Below, piece by piece: positions 29,916-39,889 of a stretch of DNA of 64,000 bases. Position 1 is the stretch's first letter, and the number at the start of each line of letters is the position of its first letter. The translations under genes and the position numbers were made by a program. The notes beneath the pieces were generated by a model, which saw only the letters and a program-made list of their open reading frames with translations, did not search any database and was not told the origin of the DNA. Source of the stretch: Thermoplasmata archaeon (GTDB taxonomy: Archaea; Thermoplasmatota; Thermoplasmata; Thermoplasmatales; ARK-15). Where the stretch lies: contig JBAMMA010000006.1 of assembly GCA_039794005.1 (NCBI GenBank), positions 32,001 to 96,000 on the forward strand, in the 5' to 3' direction.

Positions 29916-30654
29916 CTTTTATGTGGAATATTCTCTTTAATTCATATGCTGCTGCCTGAACCTTTAGCTTTTGAATTGCGGTTGCAGGATCTATCTCCTT
30001 TGGACATGCATTGGAACATTCAGATGAGAAGTGGCATCTCCAACAACCCTCTGGGTCGCTCACTATCGCCAGCCTTAAATTTTTACCCTGGTCCCTGCTA
30101 TCTGCATTGAACCTGTATGCGGCAGTTAATGCAGCAGGGCCCAGATAATTCGGATCGCTATTTGATATTGGACATGCTGCTGTACATGCACCGCATTTTA
30201 TACATAATGTTAAAATATAATATTTTTTCAATTCCTTTGGATATTGCAATAATTGACCTTCTGGATTGTCCTTCCTGATCAAATATGGTTTAACATTTTC
30301 ATGCTTCCTGAAAAATTCATCGAAATCAACAACAAGATCCCTAATCCATTTAAATGCGGCACCTTGTAAAGGTTCGATTATGAACACCTTTTTGCCATTC
30401 TCAATTTTTGCGGGCTCAATCTTTGAAAATAATGTGGAACATGTGGTCCTTGGGAAATTATTTACCATCATTGCACATGAACCGCAAACTTCCATACGGC
30501 ATGATGCCCTGAAAGAGAGTGAATGGTCTATGTTATCCCTGACATAAAAAAGGCCGTCAAGTACCGTAGTGTCCTTTTCAATGGGGATTTCATAATCTTT
30601 ATATTCCCAGTGTGATGGATCTCCCCTTTTTATCCTTAATATTATGTTCTCCAT
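29905..30654 (-). CDS. sdhB: Succinate dehydrogenase/fumarate reductase iron-sulfur subunit
   Basis: SCRMEVCGSC, CIKCGACTAACP and CHFSSECSNACP. Confidence 0.95.
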   Translation of the reverse strand: MENIILRIKRGDPSHWEYKDYEIPIEKDTTVLDGLFYVRDNIDHSLSFRASCRMEVCGSCAMMVNNFPRTTCSTLFSKIEPAKIENGKKVFIIEPLQGAAFKWIRDLVVDFDEFFRKHENVKPYLIRKDNPEGQLLQYPKELKKYYILTLCIKCGACTAACPISNSDPNYLGPAALTAAYRFNADSRDQGKNLRLAIVSDPEGCWRCHFSSECSNACPKEIDPATAIQKLKVQAAAYELKRIFHIKGGE

Positions 30655-30663
30655 ATTATCACC

Positions 30664-32367
30664 TCAATATTTCCTCTCTTCTGGCTGCCACTTCGTAACC
30701 CTTACAGGTATGTATGACAGTTCAATCTTTCCATCCCTCTTAATCGCTATGGTATGCTTCATCCAATTAACATCATCCCTCTTTGGATAATCGGTTCTAT
30801 AATGAGCTCCTCTGCTCTCTTTTCTTGCGATTGCACCCAATATTACTACTTCCGCAACCTCCAACAAATTGCTCAATTCTAAATATGTTACCAAATTCAT
30901 GTTGTAAAACATATTTTTATCTTCAACGTAAACGTTTTCAAACCTCTTTTGTAATTCCTTTACCTTTTGCAATGCATCTGTCAAATCCTTTTCATTCCTG
31001 AATATTCCAACCTTTTCTTGCATGGTGTTTTGCAGCTCCTTTCTAAGGCTTGCAACACTTTCAGAACCTCTCTCCTTGAAAGGTTCTTTGAATATTCTGT
31101 TTTCTTCTTCCTTTACCCTTTGCATGTTCAATTCTGGTATGTTTGAAACCTTCTGAACATATTTTGCAGCTGAAACACCTGTTATATCTCCATATGCAAG
31201 GCACTCCGCCGTTGAATTTGATCCCAGCCTGTTTGCACCGTGTATGCTAACACATGCCGCCTCACCTGCGGCAAAAATACCTGGTATTGGAGACATTCCA
31301 TCTATATCCACCTGGATACCACCCATTGTATAATGTGCCGCAGGCCTTACAGGTATTGGTTCTTTTGCAGGATCTATGCCATTAAACTTTATTGTCAAAT
31401 CCCTTATGGCAGGCAATCTCTCCTTTATCTCTTCATCACCTAAATGCCTTAAGTCCAACAATACATATGGACCCCATGGGCCTTCGAATCCTCTTCCGGC
31501 CTGAATTTCCCACATGATTGACCTTGACACCACATCCCTCGGCGCAAGTTCCTTTTTCTGTGGAGCATACCTCTGCATAAATCTTTCTCCATCCTTATTT
31601 ATTAAATAACCGCCTTCTCCCCTGGCACCTTCTGTTATAAGAATACCAGAAGGAACAAGGCCTGTTGGATGGAATTGAACAAATTCCATATCCTCCAGAA
31701 GCATTCCAGCCCTCAGTGCCATTGCAGCTCCATCACCTGTAACAGTATGTGAATAAGTTGTGAATGGGTACAACCTTCCAAGACCGCCTGTTGCTATAAG
31801 CAACCCTTTTCCCTGGAATATTTCATATTCACCTGTTTTCATGTTTATGGCAGTCAATGCATTAAATCTTCCATTATCAATGATTATTGATGTGGCAAAA
31901 TATTCCTGAAACTTTTCAACACCATCATATGTCAAAAGCCTTTCATAAAGGGTATGCATAGCATGGAATCCTGTTCTGTCTGCAGCGTATGTTGCCCTTG
32001 GAAAACTGTGTCCACCAAAAGGCCTTTGTGCTATCTTTCCATCATCCCTTCTGCTCCATGGCATTCCCCAGTGGTCCAGATACAGAATTTCGTTTGGCAT
32101 TGTTCTAACAAATCTTTCCACTGCGTCCTGATCTGCAAGGTAATCTGATCCCTTTATAGTATCGTATGCATGCAGATCGTAGCTATCCCCTTCATACAAA
32201 ACTGCTGCAGTCCCGCCCTCTGCAGCCACAGAATGTGATCTTAGGAAGTATAACTTTGATACTATCGCTATGGTCAAATTTTTATCCGTTTCCTTCGCAG
32301 AAATTGCAGCCCTGAGACCGGCCAAACCTGCACCCAATATGATTAAATCAGCTTTATGAACATTCAT
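30664..32367 (-). CDS. sdhA: Succinate dehydrogenase/fumarate reductase flavoprotein
   Basis: GAGLAG, RSHSVAAEGG (covalent FAD His), QFHPT, HYTMGG, HGANRLG and RKESRGAH. Confidence 0.96.
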   Translation of the reverse strand: MNVHKADLIILGAGLAGLRAAISAKETDKNLTIAIVSKLYFLRSHSVAAEGGTAAVLYEGDSYDLHAYDTIKGSDYLADQDAVERFVRTMPNEILYLDHWGMPWSRRDDGKIAQRPFGGHSFPRATYAADRTGFHAMHTLYERLLTYDGVEKFQEYFATSIIIDNGRFNALTAINMKTGEYEIFQGKGLLIATGGLGRLYPFTTYSHTVTGDGAAMALRAGMLLEDMEFVQFHPTGLVPSGILITEGARGEGGYLINKDGERFMQRYAPQKKELAPRDVVSRSIMWEIQAGRGFEGPWGPYVLLDLRHLGDEEIKERLPAIRDLTIKFNGIDPAKEPIPVRPAAHYTMGGIQVDIDGMSPIPGIFAAGEAACVSIHGANRLGSNSTAECLAYGDITGVSAAKYVQKVSNIPELNMQRVKEEENRIFKEPFKERGSESVASLRKELQNTMQEKVGIFRNEKDLTDALQKVKELQKRFENVYVEDKNMFYNMNLVTYLELSNLLEVAEVVILGAIARKESRGAHYRTDYPKRDDVNWMKHTIAIKRDGKIELSYIPVRVTKWQPEERKY

Positions 32368-32383
32368 AATAATCGCCTTTTGA

Positions 32384-32416
32384 ACATCTTAGATGTAATT
32401 ATTATTGATATTTAAA
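32384..32416 (-). promoter_or_regulatory. sdhA promoter: TATA-like box plus downstream palindrome ACATCT-N-AGATGT
   Basis: TTTTAAATA on the minus strand at 32408-32416; a 6-1-6 inverted repeat at 32384-32396 lies near the expected transcription start. Confidence 0.4.
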
Positions 32417-32640
32417 ATTCATGATTAAATAAAATTAAATATAATTTTTAAAATTTTAGTTTCCAAATATATTTATTTATCCGTATCATCAATTTCTTAT
32501 ATTTTTAATTATTTTTATTAATTCATCTATTTCCTTGAAATATCCTTTTCATTCATTCTATCTGATTAATAAAATTATCATATTATAAATTAGACTATGT
32601 AAATAACCTTGTTTTATTCCATTTTTTCTCTATTAAATTA

Positions 32641-32660
32641 TATATCATTGCAATGATATA
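32641..32660. repeat. Perfect 20-bp palindrome TATATCATTGCAATGATATA
   Basis: Seen directly, between the tRNA-Thr 3' end and the sdhA promoter. Confidence 0.85.
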
Positions 32661-32682
32661 AAATGAATAAAAATTAAATAGG

Positions 32683-32755
32683 AGCCACCGGAGGGAATTG
32701 AACCCCCGACCTGCTGATTACAAGTCAGCCGCTCTACCGACTGAGCTACGGTGGC
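32683..32755 (-). tRNA. tRNA-Thr (anticodon TGT)
   Basis: Reverse complement GCCACCG-TA-GCTC..GAGC-G-GCTGA-CTTGTAA-TCAGC-AGGTC-GGGGG-TTCAATT-CCCTC-CGGTGGC-T. Confidence 0.97.
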
Positions 32756-32806
32756 AGAAATCTATTATTTTGAATATAAAAGGCATTAATAAATTTATTG
32801 AAGTTT

Positions 32807-33145
32807 TTATTTACCCTTTTTTAAATCCTGGAGCATCCTTTCATATTCTTCCTTTGTTATTTCTCCACTCGCATATCTTTTTCTTAAAATTTCGATCGCT
32901 TCATCCTTTTCAAATTTTTCTACCTTTGCACTTTTTATGATTCTTAACAAGAATGTTATGAGTATGAATAAAACTGCTACCAAAAAAATGTATATGTAAT
33001 ATATTGCAATGTTTAGTAAATAAATAAAATATGGGCAACAATAACCCTTTGGATTTATAGATAATTCAATTACAGTATATGTCAAAAAAACTATTATCGC
33101 CACGATTATTGCTATGATAGTTATAATCAATCTTTCACGTTTCAT
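32807..33145 (-). CDS. SHOCT-domain membrane protein
   Basis: Two TM helices then AIEILRKRYASGEITKEEYERM. Confidence 0.85.
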   Translation of the reverse strand: MKRERLIITIIAIIVAIIVFLTYTVIELSINPKGYCCPYFIYLLNIAIYYIYIFLVAVLFILITFLLRIIKSAKVEKFEKDEAIEILRKRYASGEITKEEYERMLQDLKKGK

Positions 33146-33234
33146 ATAAACAATAAATGATATTGTAGTTAAAATTATTATTGATTATTACAAATGTTTT
33201 AAGTATATAATGGCAATATAGAAAAACGATAATT

Positions 33235-34038
33235 ATGGAACCTGACCTTTCAAAGATTAAGCCAATATTACAGGGCAGAAGTAAGCTTGATGAAAATATG
33301 AAGAAAATAAAATACAAAATAATGGTTATGAGTGGAAAGGGTGGAGTTGGTAAAACTACTGTGGCAGTAAACTTAGCTGTTGAGCTTTCAAACAAAGGAT
33401 ATAAGGTAGGTCTTTTAGACTCTGACATTCACGGACCAAATGTACCTAAGATGTTAAATATAGAAGATGAACAACTATATGGTGATGATTCAGGCATATA
33501 TCCCTTGGAAATAACTCCAAATTTGAAGGTAATATCGATTGGTATGATGTTGCCCGAAAAAGATGCCCCAATAATATGGAGAGGCTCTTTAAAGCATAAA
33601 ATGATTCAACAATTCCTGGAACAGGTGAATTGGGGTGAATTGGATTTTTTGGTCGTAGATCTCCCTCCCGGCACAGGAGACGAACCACTTAGCATTGCAC
33701 AGCTGATAAAAGATGTTTCGGGTGTTGTAATAGTTATTACGCCTCAGGAAGTTGCCCTAATGGATGCTAGAAAAGCAATAAATTTTGCAAAGGAACTCAA
33801 CTTGAAAATATTGGGCATAATAGAAAACATGGTGGGTAGTGTATTTGGAGAAGGGGGCGGAGAAAAGGTCTCAAAGGAATACAACGTCCCATTTCTTGGA
33901 AAAATACCGATGGACCCTGAGATCGTGAAATCGGGCGATTCCGGAGAACCTTTCGTTTTAAAGGATACAGAATCTGCAAAGGTTTTTAAAGAGATCGTTG
34001 AAAAAATTATCAATAATCTTCCAAAGAAAGAAGGGTGA
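33235..34038 (+). CDS. Mrp/NBP35 (ApbC) Fe-S cluster carrier ATPase
   Basis: [30 protein letters not shown] and ENM. Confidence 0.92.
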   Translation: MEPDLSKIKPILQGRSKLDENMKKIKYKIMVMSGKGGVGKTTVAVNLAVELSNKGYKVGLLDSDIHGPNVPKMLNIEDEQLYGDDSGIYPLEITPNLKVISIGMMLPEKDAPIIWRGSLKHKMIQQFLEQVNWGELDFLVVDLPPGTGDEPLSIAQLIKDVSGVVIVITPQEVALMDARKAINFAKELNLKILGIIENMVGSVFGEGGGEKVSKEYNVPFLGKIPMDPEIVKSGDSGEPFVLKDTESAKVFKEIVEKIINNLPKKEG

Positions 34039-34987
34039 TATATCTATTTAGGCTCTTGTGAACATACAATTTATGTATTTCCAAAACATGGAAATATTCC
34101 TTTGCGAATTCAACGTATTTTTCTGATGGGAATATTATTGATACATGACCCTTTTCTTTTATTACATCTCTGAACGTTTTCAGGGCCCTCTGATATAGAT
34201 GATCTATTGGTTCAGTTTTAAATGAACTTCTTCCATATGGTGGATCTGTGACAATTGCATCAAATTTTCCAAGCTCCTTGATCAATGAAAAATCTCCACG
34301 GTAAATTTCAGTTTTTATATTATAATATGAAGTATTCGTGATACAACCATTAACCATCTTTGATTCAATATCTATTCCTACGGATTCTATTCCCATGAGG
34401 CCTGCCTCTATTAATATTGATCCTCCCCCACAGAATGGGTCTGCAATCCTGCCACCTCTCTTTACCCTTGCAATATTAACCATGGCCCTTGCCAGCTTTG
34501 GCTTCATTGCAAGATTAGTCTTATAAGGTCTTTTATCTGGATGCCTCTCTAAAAACCCTTTATCCGGTATTGGCAACAAATTTGTAAAATAATAAAGATC
34601 ATCTATATGATATATTCCGATTTCAACATCCGGATTTTTTAAATTTACTTTACCCTCTATATTTTTTCCAATCTTTTTTTCGATCTCCATCCTATTTATA
34701 TTTTTGTTAACAAAATCAAAATACCTTACGGCGAATGTTACTCCTTCTGCCATTTTTCCGGTTACATCATTTATAATGTCTTTTACATAGAATAAAACTA
34801 TGCCGATCCTCTTAAGAAATGCAGACCTATCTATAATTGGTTCAATCTCATCAGATTCAACCATAACAACTGGCTTTTCCATCAATATTTTATGATTTAT
34901 ATTTTCACCTTCAAAAATGCCTTCTATTTCAGATATTGGAAGTGTATTATGCTCCTTTGAAAGTTCTAAAATTGATTTTATTCCCAT
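34010..34987 (-). CDS. tRNA (guanine-10-N2)-methyltransferase (Trm11/TrmG10), THUMP plus MTase domains
   Basis: [31 protein letters not shown] and VHKSLNR. Confidence 0.85.
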   Translation of the reverse strand: MGIKSILELSKEHNTLPISEIEGIFEGENINHKILMEKPVVMVESDEIEPIIDRSAFLKRIGIVLFYVKDIINDVTGKMAEGVTFAVRYFDFVNKNINRMEIEKKIGKNIEGKVNLKNPDVEIGIYHIDDLYYFTNLLPIPDKGFLERHPDKRPYKTNLAMKPKLARAMVNIARVKRGGRIADPFCGGGSILIEAGLMGIESVGIDIESKMVNGCITNTSYYNIKTEIYRGDFSLIKELGKFDAIVTDPPYGRSSFKTEPIDHLYQRALKTFRDVIKEKGHVSIIFPSEKYVEFAKEYFHVLEIHKLYVHKSLNRYITLLSLEDY

Positions 34988-35172
34988 GTGTATGCGCAAA
35001 CAATCATATTTTCTTCAATTTTTATGAAATATTTACATTTCTTGCATTCAATTGTAGGAACCATATCTTTATAAAGAGGGCAGTATACTTCACCTTCTTC
35101 TATTTTCCTATACTTTGGGGCTAAAGTCTCAAAATGCTTTTCCTCATCCATCAAAAAGCATATATTAATCAT
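34978..35172 (-). CDS. Small Cys-rich hypothetical protein
   Basis: VYCP...CKKCKYF...C; overlaps the trm11 start. True start may be ATG 35151. Confidence 0.6.
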   Translation of the reverse strand: MINICFLMDEEKHFETLAPKYRKIEEGEVYCPLYKDMVPTIECKKCKYFIKIEENMIVCAYTWE

Positions 35173-35180
35173 GGTATAAA

Positions 35181-36026
35181 TTATTTATTTTCCATCAATG
35201 AAAATGCATTTTCCACAACCTGTGATGTAACTACCATCGTGGTCACAGATCCAACACCTCCAGGCACTGGCGTTATTGATGCCTTCTTTGAAATGCTTTC
35301 AAAGTCAGCATCACCAACAATTCTGTTATTCACAGAATTTATACCAACATCTATTATCACAGAATTTTCCCTCACCATTTCTTCCTTCAAGAAATTTGGC
35401 TTCCCGACCGCCACCACAATTATATCCGATTCCAAGGTTTTTTCCTTTAAATTGTTTGTCTTGCTATGACAGATTCTTACCGTTGCATCCCTATTTAAAA
35501 GCAGCATTGCCAAGGGTTTTCCAACAACTTGTGTTCTATTTATTATGCAAACATCTTTTCCCTTTATATCTATTTTATAATATTCCAAGATTTTGATTAC
35601 GGCCATTGGAGTTGATGGGACGTGTTTTTCATAACCTGCCATCATCATTCCTAAATTATAAGGGCTTTGACCATCACTATCCTTTCTTGGGTCTATTGCA
35701 TTTAAAATCTTTTCTTTTTCAATGCTTTTTGGAAGGGGCATCTCAACCATTATTGAATGTATTTCCTCGTTTTTATTCAATTCTTCAATCTTTTTTATTA
35801 TATCCAATGTTTGAACATTTTCATCAAAATATATAATTTCTGCATCTATTCCCAGTTTGTTCATATTTTTTATTTTAGATTTTGAATAAATTTCAGATGC
35901 GGGATCTTTTCCCACCAGTATTGTTCTAAATACAGGTTTTTTATTATATCTTTTGTAAAATTCTTCGACCATCCCTTTAACATTTTCTTCCATATTTCTT
36001 GCAACGATTTTTCCATCCAATATCAT
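35181..36026 (-). CDS. folD: Bifunctional methylenetetrahydrofolate dehydrogenase/cyclohydrolase
   Basis: DPRKDSDG, PSTP, VGKPLA, DVGIN and TPVPGGVG. Confidence 0.93.
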   Translation of the reverse strand: MILDGKIVARNMEENVKGMVEEFYKRYNKKPVFRTILVGKDPASEIYSKSKIKNMNKLGIDAEIIYFDENVQTLDIIKKIEELNKNEEIHSIMVEMPLPKSIEKEKILNAIDPRKDSDGQSPYNLGMMMAGYEKHVPSTPMAVIKILEYYKIDIKGKDVCIINRTQVVGKPLAMLLLNRDATVRICHSKTNNLKEKTLESDIIVVAVGKPNFLKEEMVRENSVIIDVGINSVNNRIVGDADFESISKKASITPVPGGVGSVTTMVVTSQVVENAFSLMENK

Positions 36027-36087
36027 GGTTGGGATAATGCATTAGATATTAAAAATAGTTTATATTTTCATATACAATTTTATTATT

Positions 36088-36534
36088 ATGTTATCAGATT
36101 CGGACATATTGAAAATTATAAATAAAGGAGAATTGACCATAGAGAATTTTTGCGAAGAATGCCTAACACCCAATGGATATGATGTACGCATAAATGAATG
36201 CCTTTATGATAATGAAAAATCGTGCAAGATACCAAAAAACAAATTTTTCATAGTATCTACGATAGAGATATTTCAATTCCCGGAAGATATTGCTGGGCAG
36301 ATATGGTTAAGAACAACATACGCCAGAAAAGGAATATTTATTTCTGGAGGTTTGATAGATGCAGGATTTAAGGGAAATTTAAACATATTTCTGTACAACT
36401 CAAATGAAGAGATAGAATTTAAAAAATATGATAGAATAGCGCAGGTAGTGTTCTTTAAATTATCAACAAAGGCAGAAAAGGGATATTCAAAAAGGTCAGG
36501 ACACTATCAGAATCAATACGGAATAATAAGATAA
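36088..36534 (+). CDS. dcd: dCTP deaminase / dUTPase family protein
   Basis: PNGYDVR, LRTTYARKG, IDAGFKG, RIAQ and YQNQ. Confidence 0.8.
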   Translation: MLSDSDILKIINKGELTIENFCEECLTPNGYDVRINECLYDNEKSCKIPKNKFFIVSTIEIFQFPEDIAGQIWLRTTYARKGIFISGGLIDAGFKGNLNIFLYNSNEEIEFKKYDRIAQVVFFKLSTKAEKGYSKRSGHYQNQYGIIR

Positions 36535-36592
36535 ATTTAATAAAAAGAATTAATTAACTTTATAAAAAGAAACATTAAACAAGTGAAGAGTT

Positions 36593-37024
36593 ATGTTTGA
36601 AATAACATTAAAAATGATAAGTCCTACACCTCAGGAAAACGATATTGATAATGAATTAATTGAAATTCTATCATCTATAGGATATTTGCCAGAAACAAAG
36701 GGAAATGATAAAAATGAAATTAAAAACAGCGTACCTTTCAAATTATTTAGGGATTGTTTTATAAACAATCCAAACAAATATTGGACTCCGGAGGAGATGA
36801 TCACATTTTTAAATACAACAAGGCCTACGGTATATAGACATTTGAATAAATTAAAATCTCTAGACCTTTTGGAAGAATTGAATGAGGGGAGAACAAAATA
36901 TTACAGGTTGAGAAATGGAAGCTTTCTTGCGGCATGGAATTTTGTTGAGGCAAATGTCAGAATTGCACTTCAAAATTATAGAAAAAGGATTGAATATATT
37001 GAGAATAAAAAGGGAGGTATATAA
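36593..37024 (+). CDS. Winged-helix transcriptional regulator (ArsR-like)
   Basis: TTRPTVYRHLNKLKSLDLL HTH plus wing. Confidence 0.75.
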   Translation: MFEITLKMISPTPQENDIDNELIEILSSIGYLPETKGNDKNEIKNSVPFKLFRDCFINNPNKYWTPEEMITFLNTTRPTVYRHLNKLKSLDLLEELNEGRTKYYRLRNGSFLAAWNFVEANVRIALQNYRKRIEYIENKKGGI

Positions 37025-37025
37025 C

Positions 37026-37277
37026 ATGAACCAGCTAACTAAGGGATCTAAGGTAAAAATTTATTTGATGAACGACAACATACCTGAAGTAGATGGAGAA
37101 TTCGAGGGATTTTTAAACCTTGGAGAGGATTCTGCTATTTTGATAAAATCATGCAATGATAAGAAAAAGAAATATAAAATAATACCTGTTCCAGCTATTG
37201 CTTATCTTGAAGTTACAGAATTGAGTGAGGAAAAAGAGGAGGATGAATCGAACAAAAATGTCACATACTTTGCATAA
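37026..37277 (+). CDS. Small hypothetical protein, possibly Sm/LSM-like beta-barrel
   Basis: GGAGGT RBS, ATG 37026; pattern KGSKVKI...GEFEG...IIPVPAIAYLEV and an acidic tail. Confidence 0.6.
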   Translation: MNQLTKGSKVKIYLMNDNIPEVDGEFEGFLNLGEDSAILIKSCNDKKKKYKIIPVPAIAYLEVTELSEEKEEDESNKNVTYFA

Positions 37278-38238
37278 ATTTGAATTTTCAAAACTCCCAA
37301 ACGTTATGGATTCCGAATCTATCATTGATATAGCATTTAAAAGGGCAAAAAAGATAGACCTGGCAAGGCATCCGGACAAAGTTGCAATGTATAGGAATTG
37401 GGACATAAACAAATTAAAAGAAATGGAAAAAACTGTAAAGGATTTGTGCAATAACTACATTAAATCTTATCCAATAATTGAAAATCTTGACCCTTTTTAC
37501 CAAGACCTTGTAAAAATATTAATTGATGTAAATAGATATAAAATATCACTTTCTTCAATTAAATGGTGCAAAAATAGGATTGTTGAACTTACTACCAAGA
37601 CAGTAAAAAAACTTGAATCAACAAGGGATATGGATGATTTTAAGAATATAATGAATTCTTATTTTGGAAGGTTTTCTTCATTTGTAAAAGGCGTTGACGA
37701 ATATTTAAAATATCTTGAATATGCTAGGAAGAGGCTGAAAGACATTCCTAGTATCGATACGGATATGTTTACAGTTGTTGTTGCCGGATATCCAAACGTG
37801 GGAAAATCTGAATTAATTAAGAGAATTTCATCAGCAAAACCTGAAGTTGCACCATACCCTTTCACAACAAAGGGGATATTGATAGGCCATAACACTATAG
37901 GAATGGTAAAAATACAGATCGTTGACACACCAGGCATTTTAGACAGGCCATTTGATGAGATGAATGACATGGAAAAACAAGCAATTCTTGCAATGAGGCA
38001 TCTTGCAGATGTTATAATATTTGTAATTGACCCAAGTGAAACCTGTGGATATCCAATAGAAAAGCAGGAAAAATTGCTTGAAAACATAAAGAATGATTTT
38101 AATGTCAAAATCATCGAAGTTGAAAACAAGTCCGATTTAAAAATAAGAAACAATAATAGATTAAAGATTTCTGCTCTTAAAAACGAAAACATTGATAAAT
38201 TGATGGATGAAATAAAAAAGGTGATGGAAGGTGGATGA
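37258..38238 (+). CDS. NOG1-family GTP-binding protein
   Basis: GYPNVGKS, YPFTTK, DTPGILDRP, DPSETCGY and NKSD. Confidence 0.92.
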   Translation: MSHTLHKFEFSKLPNVMDSESIIDIAFKRAKKIDLARHPDKVAMYRNWDINKLKEMEKTVKDLCNNYIKSYPIIENLDPFYQDLVKILIDVNRYKISLSSIKWCKNRIVELTTKTVKKLESTRDMDDFKNIMNSYFGRFSSFVKGVDEYLKYLEYARKRLKDIPSIDTDMFTVVVAGYPNVGKSELIKRISSAKPEVAPYPFTTKGILIGHNTIGMVKIQIVDTPGILDRPFDEMNDMEKQAILAMRHLADVIIFVIDPSETCGYPIEKQEKLLENIKNDFNVKIIEVENKSDLKIRNNNRLKISALKNENIDKLMDEIKKVMEGG

Positions 38239-39889
38239 TATAAGGGAATTGATAAGAAAGATTGCCGCAACAAATGCTTTGGAACATGATGGAAAAGCGG
38301 ATGCAAAGGCAGTTATAGGAAAAATCGTATCTGCAAGACCAGACTTAAAAGGTAATATTAAGGAGATTATACCTATCGTTAACGAAATTGTGAATGAGAT
38401 TAATTCTATTGGCATAGAAGAGATAAAGAAAATTGGGGTATTGGAAAAAGAAAAGCAAGAAAAAAATGAAGAAAAGACTTTACCTCCTCTTCCCGATGTT
38501 AAAGGTAAGGTAATAATGAGAATGGCCCCCTCTCCCTCCGGGCCCCTTCACATAGGGCATTCCAGAATGGCAATATTAAATGATGAATATGTAAAAATGT
38601 ATGATGGCATAAACATATTAAGGATTGAGGATACAAATCCAGGAAACGTTGAACTGGAAGCCTATGACATGATCAAAGAAGATTTAGAATGGCTAGGGGT
38701 AAAAGTGGACAAAATTGTAATTCAGACAGATAGGTTTGATGTATACTATAAATATGCAAAAACTCTTCTGGAAATGGGGAAGGCTTACATAACACTATGC
38801 GATGAAAAGGAATGGAGATCTTTAAAGGCTAAGCAGAAACCCTGTCCAGACAGGGATATTGATCCATCAATTCACCTTGAAAGATGGGAAAAAATGCTCT
38901 CCGGAGAATATGAAGAAAGACAGGCGGTATATGTTATTAAAACAGACCTGTCTCACCCAAATCCTGCCATTAGGGATTGGGCAGCCTTCAGAATAATTAA
39001 AAAGCCGAAACATCCAAGGACTGGAGATAAATTCATTGTATATCCTTTGATGAATTTTTCGGTAGCCATCGATGACCATGATCTAAATTTAACACACATA
39101 ATAAGGGGCAAGGATCACCTGAACAACACTTACAGGCAGTTGTACATATATGAATATTTGAACTGGCCAAAACCTGTTTTTATACACTATGGAAAGGTAA
39201 AAATTGAAAATTCAATTTTGAAGACATCTATAATAAAAAAGGGGATTAGAAATGGGGAATACTCTGGATGGGACGATGTGAGATTGGGAACCTTAAAGGC
39301 CCTAAAGAAAAGAGGAATAAGACCGGAATCAATAAGAAAATACTGGATAGACGTTGGATTAAAAGATGTGGATATAATATTTTCATGGGAACTGTTATAT
39401 TCATATAACAGGAAGATCATAGATCCTCTAACAAAAAGGTATTTTTTTGTTTCCGATCCAGTTGAATTTTCATTAATTGCAAATGTGGATTTAAAGGCAA
39501 GAATTCCTCTGCATCCTTCAATAAAGGAATATGGTTTCAGGGAATACAGCGTGAAAAATGGTGACAAGATAATGATAACGAAAAAAGACTATGAGGATGT
39601 GAAGAATTCAGTATTTAGGCTAAAGGATTTTGGTAATTTCAAAATTGAGGATAATAAATTAATCTTCATAAACAATGATACATCAAATCTCAAAAATATG
39701 AAGATCATACATTGGGTTCCTGGCAATTCAATTAAATGCAGAGTTTACAAGCCAGATGGAAAAATTGAGGAAGGTTATGCTGAACCATTGTCTATAAACG
39801 ATGTTAATAATGTTGTGCAGTTTGAAAGGTTTGGTTTTGTAAAGTTGGAGAAAAATGATATTTTAATGGGATATTATACGCATTCTTAA
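38231..39889 (+). CDS. gltX: Glutamyl-tRNA synthetase (archaeal)
   Basis: RMAPSPSGPLHIGH, RIEDT, IRGKDH, GWDDVRLGT and QFERFGF. Confidence 0.96.
   Translation: MDDIRELIRKIAATNALEHDGKADAKAVIGKIVSARPDLKGNIKEIIPIVNEIVNEINSIGIEEIKKIGVLEKEKQEKNEEKTLPPLPDVKGKVIMRMAPSPSGPLHIGHSRMAILNDEYVKMYDGINILRIEDTNPGNVELEAYDMIKEDLEWLGVKVDKIVIQTDRFDVYYKYAKTLLEMGKAYITLCDEKEWRSLKAKQKPCPDRDIDPSIHLERWEKMLSGEYEERQAVYVIKTDLSHPNPAIRDWAAFRIIKKPKHPRTGDKFIVYPLMNFSVAIDDHDLNLTHIIRGKDHLNNTYRQLYIYEYLNWPKPVFIHYGKVKIENSILKTSIIKKGIRNGEYSGWDDVRLGTLKALKKRGIRPESIRKYWIDVGLKDVDIIFSWELLYSYNRKIIDPLTKRYFFVSDPVEFSLIANVDLKARIPLHPSIKEYGFREYSVKNGDKIMITKKDYEDVKNSVFRLKDFGNFKIEDNKLIFINNDTSNLKNMKIIHWVPGNSIKCRVYKPDGKIEEGYAEPLSINDVNNVVQFERFGFVKLEKNDILMGYYTHS

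Noticed and set aside
32698-32940. 80-aa ORF
   Set aside because: Antisense to tRNA-Thr and to the SHOCT gene.
37659-38306. 215-aa antisense ORF, and the many similar Ser/Ile/Phe-rich ORFs inside rgy, polB2, eno and ppdK
   Set aside because: Opposite-strand shadows of well-supported genes, with no motifs of their own.
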